Shown: positions 50,319 through 57,470 of the stretch, piece by piece | Layout of the letters: each line of letters begins with the position of its first letter | Position numbering within the stretch: position 1 is the stretch's first letter | IMG/VR virus record: IMGVR_UViG_3300010883_019551 | Location: 1-64,000 of that record | Length of the DNA: 64,000 bases | Reading direction: 5' to 3' (one strand) | DNA from: a virus | Made by a program: the position numbers and the translations under genes | Notes under the pieces: generated by a model | What the model saw: the letters and a program-made list of their open reading frames with translations, nothing else | Databases searched by the model: none | Told to the model about the DNA's origin: nothing

Positions 50319-50662
50319 TATTGATCCATAAGAATTGCATGCACCGCCACTTTGCCCGTGAAGGCGTCAGAGGCCCCGATCACGACGTGAGTTCGTGCGA
50401 CCTGCTTTACATAAATATTGACGTTCTGTGTATCTCCGGTATCTCCTTCATTTACAATGAGGGCACATGTCACGCTTGGAGACCCGGAGAACGCCGATTC
50501 ATAATTGTGTGTAACTTCATCTACATTATCGAATGTTACTTCAAAAACTTCCAGCTCGAATCTTTGATTACTATAAAGCTGTGTTTTGGGCAGATGTCTA
50601 GTATATGGATATTTTTTTGAAAGACGCGCAGCGTCTCTAACCTTTAGCTTAAGTGTAGCCAT
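50318..50662 (-). CDS. Small fibre-associated beta protein (H-lectin-like)
   Basis: FSGSPSVT...NVNIYV...GKVAVHAI; GGAG RBS. Confidence 0.55.
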   Translation of the reverse strand: MATLKLKVRDAARLSKKYPYTRHLPKTQLYSNQRFELEVFEVTFDNVDEVTHNYESAFSGSPSVTCALIVNEGDTGDTQNVNIYVKQVARTHVVIGASDAFTGKVAVHAILMDQ

Positions 50663-50745
50663 GCATATTCTCCAGCACAGTGATCCTATGCTAAATATGC
50701 ATCTACTGAGGCAGGGTTAGATCAGAGATTCGTAAAGTCTTCGAT

Positions 50746-52053
50746 TTATAGCGTCTTGCTAGCAAGAGTTGCCAGCCTAGATCTTTCTCCCTTGGAGAGA
50801 TGTACATGACATGTAAGATCACTGTCACGAAGCTTATCAATTATTATTGACAAACCATTTGATCTGCTATTAATATAGGGAGTGTCTACCTGGTCTGTGT
50901 CACCCATTAATACAACTTTAGAATTTTCGCCTAGTCTGGTGACAATTGTCTTGAGCTCGTGGATCGTAGCATTTTGAGCTTCGTCTACAATCAAAAATGC
51001 GTTATTAAAAGTTCTGCCTCTAATAAAGCTTAGGGGTGCAATTTCAATTTGTCCTCGCTCTATCATAGTATTAAAGTAAGATAGATCCTTAAAAGCATGT
51101 CTAAAGTTGTCCACTAAGGGTGCCATCCATGGAGCCATTTTTTCTTGTAAATCGCCAGGCAAGAAACCCAGGTCTCTTCCGACCGGTTGGATAGATCGTG
51201 TAACAACAATTCTATCACAAATCCCTTCGTTCAAAGCATTGAGCGCACTCAGTAGAGTTAAAAATGTTTTTCCTGAGCCTGCGATGCCTGTTAAACAAAC
51301 TAGTGGAATGTCAGGATCAGTTAGCGCTGAAAGCGCAAAGTGTTGTTCCTTATTACGTGGATTAACAGGCGCAGCAGAGAATTTCCCGCGGGGGACAGAT
51401 TTTATTAGACACGAATTTTTGTATGTTGCCAAGACTGAACCGCCTCCGTTACCGGTAACAACAACAGAGCAGTTCTCATAAAGGCTAAACTTCTGTACTT
51501 CTTCCTCCATGATATCGACGGTATTATTCTCATGAAGTTCAGTGACCCTATTATCTTCAATCATAATTGCCAGTACAGATCCTTCATCTTCTGTAAGCTT
51601 TGATGTAAGATGATCCTTATAGTAGTCTTCTGCGGAAATCCCTAGAGCATCACACTTGACCCTCAAGTTAATATCCTTGGTGATGACCTTAACCTTCTTC
51701 GAAGAGTCCTCAGATTTAACGCAGAGGGCTACAGAGATGATTCTATTATCGCCCTGTCCAACATCAAGTCCCAAGTCTTTGGCTGGCTGAAGATTTTCTT
51801 GCGTCAGAATCTTAATAGTCTGATCTCTATCTTCTAATAGCACACCCTCGTCGAGGCGCCCTAAACTTCTAAGATTATCTAGAAATCTATTAACATACCG
51901 AGCTGACTCTCCCAAAAGTCCCGGAGCTTCTTTTTTCCGATCCAGCTCATCTAAAACAGTAAAGGGTAGTATTACATCATTGCCCGGGAAGGAATGAATC
52001 GACTCCTTGTCGTATAAAAGAACTGACGTATCTAGTATAAGTGATTTTCTCAA
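50746..52053 (-). CDS. phoH: PIN-domain PhoH-family ATPase (PhoH2-like)
   Basis: LDTSVL PIN start, TKDINLR, GIAGSGKT, LGFLPG, RGRT, DEAQN, GDTDQ, ERS; TTG start with AGGAG. Confidence 0.92.
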   Translation of the reverse strand: MRKSLILDTSVLLYDKESIHSFPGNDVILPFTVLDELDRKKEAPGLLGESARYVNRFLDNLRSLGRLDEGVLLEDRDQTIKILTQENLQPAKDLGLDVGQGDNRIISVALCVKSEDSSKKVKVITKDINLRVKCDALGISAEDYYKDHLTSKLTEDEGSVLAIMIEDNRVTELHENNTVDIMEEEVQKFSLYENCSVVVTGNGGGSVLATYKNSCLIKSVPRGKFSAAPVNPRNKEQHFALSALTDPDIPLVCLTGIAGSGKTFLTLLSALNALNEGICDRIVVTRSIQPVGRDLGFLPGDLQEKMAPWMAPLVDNFRHAFKDLSYFNTMIERGQIEIAPLSFIRGRTFNNAFLIVDEAQNATIHELKTIVTRLGENSKVVLMGDTDQVDTPYINSRSNGLSIIIDKLRDSDLTCHVHLSKGERSRLATLASKTL

Positions 52054-52149
52054 TGAGGCTCCTATGCTCTGTATACTCTAATCTTTTCTAGTAAATGTGT
52101 ACATGTTAATTACTCAGCGTACGTTTTCATTAAGTAAGTAGGCGAATAA

Positions 52150-52440
52150 ATGAGTGATAATTTGTTAGATGATAAAGAGACAGAAGACAAAGTTTTAGAA
52201 GGAACAACGTGTTTTAAGGAACATAAAGCTTCCGGGCAAGCCTGTAACAAAACAAGCTGCCGTTATTGGATTGACTATGATAAAAGCCACAACTGTACCA
52301 TGATTGCTGCTGATAAAGGTCCTATGACGCTGCAAGAGATCGGCGACATATTTGGTGTCACAAGAATGAGAATATGTCAAATAGAAAAATCTGTGCTGAA
52401 GAAACTTTGTTCTAGAACTGTCGACTTATCTGATTTATAA
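52150..52440 (+). CDS. Cys-rich protein with stand-alone sigma-70 region 4 HTH
   Basis: C..C...C..C cluster then MTLQEIGDIFGVTRMRICQIEKSVLKKL (sigma-4.2 consensus TLEEIG..FGVTRERIRQIE). Confidence 0.8.
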   Translation: MSDNLLDDKETEDKVLEGTTCFKEHKASGQACNKTSCRYWIDYDKSHNCTMIAADKGPMTLQEIGDIFGVTRMRICQIEKSVLKKLCSRTVDLSDL

Positions 52441-53640
52441 ACCGCCCATAAGGGTTATAGCAATAAGTCCTGGAAGTCTATCTTTAACATAGACTCCGGA
52501 GAAGAGTGTGTTTGCCCTGCCGCCAACATATGAGAATGCTGACTCCAGTCTTCTACTTACTTCTGGATCATTTGCCATATCGTTATCAACAACTAAAAGC
52601 AATACACCTGTTTCGGAATTACCGGTAGGTGACGGACAAGGTGAAGATCTTAGGCAACCCTGATATACCAGCGAGCCCAAATCATTTCTAGTTACGTCTC
52701 TAACTACTGTACTTCCTACGACCATGCGACCATCAGTACTTAGACAGCGCTCTAGATCTTTAGAGTCGAATGTTTGGATAGGCGAATGCTCTGATGCTAG
52801 CTTGAAAATTTGTGATAGAAGCTTGGCAAAGTTTTTATTCGCTGATGGGAACATGTTCATCATCCCCACCTTTCCTCTTAGCAACTGTAATTGCTTTTCG
52901 TTATCAATGATAATATGAGGATGACTAGAAACATCAGCCTTTAATGAGTCAAAGTTTCTCTTAATTGTAGGATTAAGAAGCTCTTGAGCTGTAGGCTTGG
53001 TTACTATATAAACAACCTTGCCGGCTGCCTCTATAGACTCAAGATATCTTGAAAGCGATCCGTGTAAGCTATGACATGCGCTTCCTGTTCCTCCACCTCC
53101 ACCGGCGAGGACAAAGAGCCAATCAACTTTTCCAAGGCGCGTTCTAACAGCATCTTCTACCATCGTGCTTTGTTCGCCAAGAATCTTTTTGCCTAAGTCA
53201 ATATCTTTCCCCACACCGTCTGCGCCTGGTACTACCAAAACATTGGCTTCCTCGACACCAACCGGCTGGTCCTTTTCTGTTGTATTAACCAACAAGGTTT
53301 TCGAAAACCCTAAGTCTAGAAATGCTTTAGCTAGTTTTCCACCGCCTCCGCCAACTCCAACAAATCCAGCTAAAATTGCGCTTTTAGCACTATTCTCTGG
53401 AAGAAGTCTTTCATCTGCTGCCGCCGGCGCATCATCATATGCTTCGACGAAATCAAAATCGTCTGCATCGTTGATGTAAGTGTCGTCGTCATTTCCACCA
53501 TGGTCGTTTGACATTGTCTTATCTCCTACAAGTCTATTATCGTTAGAATCTTCTACTGGAATCTGTTTCGAAACTTTCTGTTTCGATTTCATCGGTCCGG
53601 GCGGTATTTTTCCCACCAAGCTGTATGTGCTTGACCCCAT
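52435..53640 (-). CDS. Tubulin/FtsZ-family GTPase (phage tubulin candidate)
   Basis: GVGGGGG, NT, GVGKD, GGGTGS signature, IDN, FDSKD T7-like loop; no FtsZ C-terminal core peptide. Alternative start at 53514 with AGGAG RBS. Confidence 0.88.
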   Translation of the reverse strand: MGSSTYSLVGKIPPGPMKSKQKVSKQIPVEDSNDNRLVGDKTMSNDHGGNDDDTYINDADDFDFVEAYDDAPAAADERLLPENSAKSAILAGFVGVGGGGGKLAKAFLDLGFSKTLLVNTTEKDQPVGVEEANVLVVPGADGVGKDIDLGKKILGEQSTMVEDAVRTRLGKVDWLFVLAGGGGGTGSACHSLHGSLSRYLESIEAAGKVVYIVTKPTAQELLNPTIKRNFDSLKADVSSHPHIIIDNEKQLQLLRGKVGMMNMFPSANKNFAKLLSQIFKLASEHSPIQTFDSKDLERCLSTDGRMVVGSTVVRDVTRNDLGSLVYQGCLRSSPCPSPTGNSETGVLLLVVDNDMANDPEVSRRLESAFSYVGGRANTLFSGVYVKDRLPGLIAITLMGGL

Positions 53641-53681
53641 TCATTAGACTCCCTATCTTTAGATGATTAATCATATAGCTA

Positions 53682-53709
53682 ATTATACTCTTGGCTGTGT
53701 TTAAGTAAT
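53682..53709 (-). promoter_or_regulatory. Putative promoter ATTACT-N16-TATAAT for the tubulin gene, abutting the tmRNA CCA end
   Basis: TATAAT at 53682-53687, TTAC 17 nt upstream. Confidence 0.55.
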
Positions 53710-54071
53710 GGTGGAGGCGGCGGGAGTCGAACCCGCGTCCAAAATGTTTAGCATATCAGGTCATTCACAAGCTTATCTGACTTATTCCCAAATCAAAAAG
53801 GTATCTACAAATTTTCCCATTTCCTATGTAGACTTGGAAATCCACCTATTACAAATAGGGTAACCATTTTGGTCTTGTTTATTTCGATGGGACCAACCAC
53901 TTATCCTAAATTGGTTAGACGGCTTTAGGAAACCACCCGATTAAGCTGCTAGAGCGTATTCGTAATTGTCATTGTTGGCAATTAAATTGTTGTAACACTG
54001 TCAAGCCATGCGTTACCGTTGGCTGCTTGCACCCTCAAGACCTTGCACCCTGTCGAGACCGTTTCGCCCCC
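53709..54071 (-). ncRNA. ssrA: tmRNA (one-piece, ~363 nt), tag peptide (A)ANNDNYEYALAA
   Basis: 5' GGGGGCG pairs with 3' CGCCTCC-ACCA with the G3-U70 Ala determinant; T-arm GCGGGTTCGACTCCCGC; tag frame 53941-53979 ends ...YALAA-stop. Confidence 0.96.
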
Positions 54072-54079
54072 GTTATTAA

Positions 54080-54268
54080 CTAATCCTTTCTATCTTTTTC
54101 TTCCTTAATTGTTGCCTTAACAAGAGATGCAGACGCATTCTTTAACGCTCGCAAACCCTTCCGTGCTCTAACACCCGCCGAGGCGTTACCGCCGGCATTC
54201 TTATGTACATCTAGATCTAAGCTTTCAATTAGAACCTTGATTTCATTCCACTGGTCCAATACAGACAT
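54080..54268 (-). CDS. Histone H1-like protein, Hc1 family
   Basis: GNASAGVRARKGLRALK core motif; AGGAG RBS. Confidence 0.8.
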   Translation of the reverse strand: MSVLDQWNEIKVLIESLDLDVHKNAGGNASAGVRARKGLRALKNASASLVKATIKEEKDRKD

Positions 54269-54279
54269 GTTTTTTCTCC

Positions 54280-54525
54280 TTAAATGTCAGTAATTAAGCC
54301 GCCACTTTTTGGTTTTTCAACGCTGTGGTCGGTATTAATACACTCAACTATTGATATCATAGTCTCGCGGTCTTCTAGCTCCATTGCTAAAATTTCTATA
54401 ATCTTGATAATTTGACTTTGTGATACGCCATATTTCAAGATCTCCTGAACAATCTCTCTACAAACTACGTTTTCTAACGTTGCTGTTTGTTGAACAGGTT
54501 GTATTTCCTCTGCTTTGCTGTTCAC
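54280..54525 (-). CDS. Hypothetical protein
   Basis: 81 aa coupled ORF (CREIVQEILKYGVSQSQI). Confidence 0.65.
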   Translation of the reverse strand: MNSKAEEIQPVQQTATLENVVCREIVQEILKYGVSQSQIIKIIEILAMELEDRETMISIVECINTDHSVEKPKSGGLITDI

Positions 54526-54986
54526 TATACGCTCTCGCTTATGATGTAATTTTCAATCATTATTGAATCTTCACCATTCAACCTTAAAACCTTGCCCTGG
54601 ACTTCATCGTTCATCGTGTCTCGAGTCATAACAACAGTTTGCCCCCATAGCTGATTCAGATATATAAACAAAACATTCTCCCAAATCGGAAGATCACAAT
54701 CATAACTCTCTAAAATTTCTCTAAGATCTACTGGGAGCCCTCTTCGAATTTCGCTTACTGTTGTGACAGTATTGAGTTCATCTTTTCCTGTGATCATTTC
54801 TGATTTGCAAATATCATATACTTTATGCACAGCACCACAATTATTACATTGAACATACTTGGGTATAACAGTATCACTGTCATCAATCACAGAAAACACA
54901 ATGAACTTGTGAAATACAGGATCTTTTCTTCCTCTATACTGAGGTAACATGCAATGACACTGAAGTAGGTGCTGTTGTCCTCGCAT
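54525..54986 (-). CDS. Hypothetical Zn-binding protein
   Basis: HLLQCHC and CNNCGAVH...C motifs. Confidence 0.7.
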   Translation of the reverse strand: MRGQQHLLQCHCMLPQYRGRKDPVFHKFIVFSVIDDSDTVIPKYVQCNNCGAVHKVYDICKSEMITGKDELNTVTTVSEIRRGLPVDLREILESYDCDLPIWENVLFIYLNQLWGQTVVMTRDTMNDEVQGKVLRLNGEDSIMIENYIISESV

Positions 54987-54990
54987 TACC

Positions 54991-55209
54991 CTAGCCTTCG
55001 TTTTTTACAATTTTCTGAAGCATTGGAATAGAGCTAGAAAATGTTGCATCAAGCGCAGCATTGACATGCTGCATAACTAAAGCAAGATCTTCATCGCTTA
55101 TCTCCAATTCGTTTCCGTTCCTAGCCTCAAGCAACCCGCTGGCTACTTTTGTCTTAGCAACTTCCATTATGTCTAGGGTCGCTCGACCCACTTTTGTTTC
55201 AAGTGACAT
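54991..55209 (-). CDS. Hypothetical protein
   Basis: 72 aa, strong AAGGAG RBS. Confidence 0.7.
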   Translation of the reverse strand: MSLETKVGRATLDIMEVAKTKVASGLLEARNGNELEISDEDLALVMQHVNAALDATFSSSIPMLQKIVKNEG

Positions 55210-55234
55210 GTTTATCTCCTTTGATAGCTGTAGG

Positions 55235-55242
55235 TATTTATA
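55235..55242 (-). promoter_or_regulatory. TATAAATA (T4-late-like / -10) element upstream of the operon that ends in tmRNA
   Basis: Exact TATAAATA in an intergenic gap; TTTACT lies 18 nt upstream. Confidence 0.4.
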
Positions 55243-55270
55243 CAGCGAGGCAACCGACTAAGTAAAATTA

Positions 55271-55765
55271 CTATTTCGCATGCCAATCAGCGACACTCGT
55301 CGCTGCCCATGAATCGGGCTTAGCAACAAACTCAACGCCGACAGCACAGGCCCAGTTTCTAATAGTTCTAGTAAATTTAGTTGTTGGGTATCTTTCGTCT
55401 GTGTTAGTGTCAGAGTGCATAACAATTTTTCTATTGGGAAACTTGGTGTATATCTCTTGTGCCATGGCAATGGATCTTGCTGCTTCTTCCATTATTCTAT
55501 CTGCTAAATTGGTAAATTTTCTATTGGGTGTTTCTCTGGAAAAATAATAGAAAGCTCCATGACCTTGCTCGTATAAACAAATGACAGTTGCAAAAACATG
55601 GTTACCATTAGTCCCTTTCTTTATATGAGAGTCAGTACCAATATGAATAGAATGAAAGTTATTCTTTGCAATGACCTTGATGATATCTTCTAACGACAGT
55701 ACGTTGTCTTTAGACGGGGATCTCCATTGGTTTCTCCACCTTGTCTTTTTATCATCCTTCATCAA
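55271..55765 (-). CDS. Ribonuclease H-like YkuK (DUF458) family protein
   Basis: IGTDS, FATVI, RIMEEAARSI, HSD, KPDSWAATSVAD. Confidence 0.88.
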   Translation of the reverse strand: MMKDDKKTRWRNQWRSPSKDNVLSLEDIIKVIAKNNFHSIHIGTDSHIKKGTNGNHVFATVICLYEQGHGAFYYFSRETPNRKFTNLADRIMEEAARSIAMAQEIYTKFPNRKIVMHSDTNTDERYPTTKFTRTIRNWACAVGVEFVAKPDSWAATSVADWHAK

Positions 55766-57185
55766 TCATTAACCATGCACCTATTTTATTCATCATCACT
55801 GCATTTGCAATTCCAACTCTGAAGGCACATGCCATGCCCGGCGGAGAGAAACTAGTAATGTTTGAATCTATAAGTTTGCTAAGTACTCGGTCTGTTATGG
55901 GATCTATTTTTTGTTCTCTACACTTTCGCAGATTTGTTAGGCCGTAACGGGATGCTTGGCTATACATTCTTATGATTGTAGATATTCGATCTTGTCTAAT
56001 GCCACGTGATGATCCATGCTCTTTACCCAGGGTTATCGTCACACCTGAAGACATTAAGGAAAATATTCTTTCTTGTAATATTGATCGCTGCTCCCTAAGA
56101 CTCTCTTCAACACCCTGGCTCTGCTCCGGTGTAAAATCGCCAGTCTCATCCTCAGAATTTCTAAACGTTGCAGATAATTTATTTTGGATATTGTTTTTGT
56201 GAGATGTCACTCGCCCAGCAGCGCCCCGGTTCTCTATGGAGATTTCTTTAGGTGTAATACGGATATGATCAACTGATTTCAAATCATCCCACTCAATAGT
56301 GCTTATGAGTTCGCCCTTAAGGGAGGAAACAACATCACACCTACTACATACAGCAATGTCTACTAACTGATTAATTCCTCTAATGTCATAGGGTACTATA
56401 ACGGGAATAACATTTAGCCTGCCCTTAGAATGATTCACAGCTAGAGTATTAGTGACATCATCGTTAAAGCCTCTAGCAAATATTACAGCAGATTGCCCGG
56501 TTCTGAAGGACTGGTCCATAATATTATGAATTTCAGAGACTGACTCAACAATTCCGTCGATGCATACAATCTTAGATTTGTACAAAGAAACCAGCGATGT
56601 TTCTGCAGCTGACCAGAATAAGTCGCTTGAAGTAACTTTTATCACATACCCACTAGTGGAAGCAATCACTGTATGGATTCCAACTTCATCTAGTAAGTTG
56701 GCACTCGATGTCCCAGCCATTTCCAGAGTATTCTTAACAATCTCTATTTCGTATTTAGACCCAACAATTTGTTCAATAGACTCAAAGATATCTTGACTGC
56801 TGACACGCCTCGAGTTTATGCCGATCGATCTGTTTAATTTCGAATAGTCATACGAAGAACGTACGTTCATTAATTTATTTTTCTGAAATGATTTGCTAGA
56901 CTCGAGGAGGGCCAACAATGATATGATCCCAGACCCAGCCCATAGTCCTTCTGATGTCACCACTGTGTTAATCAATAGGTTTCTAAGGGTCTGATTCTTC
57001 GAATCATTAGGGATCAATTCTGTGATTACCCTTAGCACATCTCCGGGCAGCGCTTGAATTACTTTTTCACCATACAAAAAAGAAAGTTGATGACGCAGTA
57101 TGCCATCAACTTTCCCCTGTGTTTCATTGAGAAGTAATCTTATATTTTGGTCTATCTCACTTCGGAGTAATACTGATGTCGACAT
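55752..57185 (-). CDS. Divergent chaperonin (GroEL/Cpn60-like) lacking the GDGTTT ATP motif
   Basis: Apical-domain-like segment IVCIDGIVESVSEI...AVIFARGFNDDVTNTLAVNHSKGRLNVIPV...LVDIAVCSRCDVVSS; LQERI; no GDGTT. Confidence 0.7.
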   Translation of the reverse strand: MSTSVLLRSEIDQNIRLLLNETQGKVDGILRHQLSFLYGEKVIQALPGDVLRVITELIPNDSKNQTLRNLLINTVVTSEGLWAGSGIISLLALLESSKSFQKNKLMNVRSSYDYSKLNRSIGINSRRVSSQDIFESIEQIVGSKYEIEIVKNTLEMAGTSSANLLDEVGIHTVIASTSGYVIKVTSSDLFWSAAETSLVSLYKSKIVCIDGIVESVSEIHNIMDQSFRTGQSAVIFARGFNDDVTNTLAVNHSKGRLNVIPVIVPYDIRGINQLVDIAVCSRCDVVSSLKGELISTIEWDDLKSVDHIRITPKEISIENRGAAGRVTSHKNNIQNKLSATFRNSEDETGDFTPEQSQGVEESLREQRSILQERIFSLMSSGVTITLGKEHGSSRGIRQDRISTIIRMYSQASRYGLTNLRKCREQKIDPITDRVLSKLIDSNITSFSPPGMACAFRVGIANAVMMNKIGAWLMIDEG

Positions 57186-57195
57186 AAAACCGACC

Positions 57196-57459
57196 TTAGT
57201 TCAAGTCAGTGTTACTATTTCGACCAGAACTTCCTAGTGCGTTTAGGAATTTACCGATTGCTTCACCGGCATCTGTAATTGACTGAGCTGTGCCTTCAAT
57301 TGTTTTTGCCTGCTCTTGCTTTGCTTGCTGTTCTAGGCCGAGCCTCATTATTGCACCGAGTATTCCTAAACTAAAGAATACCCATCCTGGAATTATCTGA
57401 CCACCAACCAATAATATAGCTGATGACAATGTTAACACTTCTGGCATTTGAATCTTCAT
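57196..57459 (-). CDS. Small two-TM membrane protein
   Basis: Hydrophobic N-terminal hairpin; AGGAG RBS. Confidence 0.7.
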   Translation of the reverse strand: MKIQMPEVLTLSSAILLVGGQIIPGWVFFSLGILGAIMRLGLEQQAKQEQAKTIEGTAQSITDAGEAIGKFLNALGSSGRNSNTDLN

Positions 57460-57470
57460 GAAATCTCCTT

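Noticed and set aside
52054-52149. Bidirectional promoter sharing a palindromic TGTACA -35
   Set aside because: The candidate -10 elements (TACGTT, TAGAGT) are weak and could arise by chance
52435-53640. Calling the GTPase ftsZ or phuZ, or inferring a phage nucleus
   Set aside because: It lacks the FtsZ C-terminal peptide and dcw context, and no chimallin is visible; the subfamily needs phylogeny
53709-53740. tRNA-like 3' end that could be read as a tRNA gene or an attachment site
   Set aside because: It pairs with a 5' end 363 nt away and encloses a tag ORF, so it is tmRNA. I found no duplicate copy and no integrase in the window
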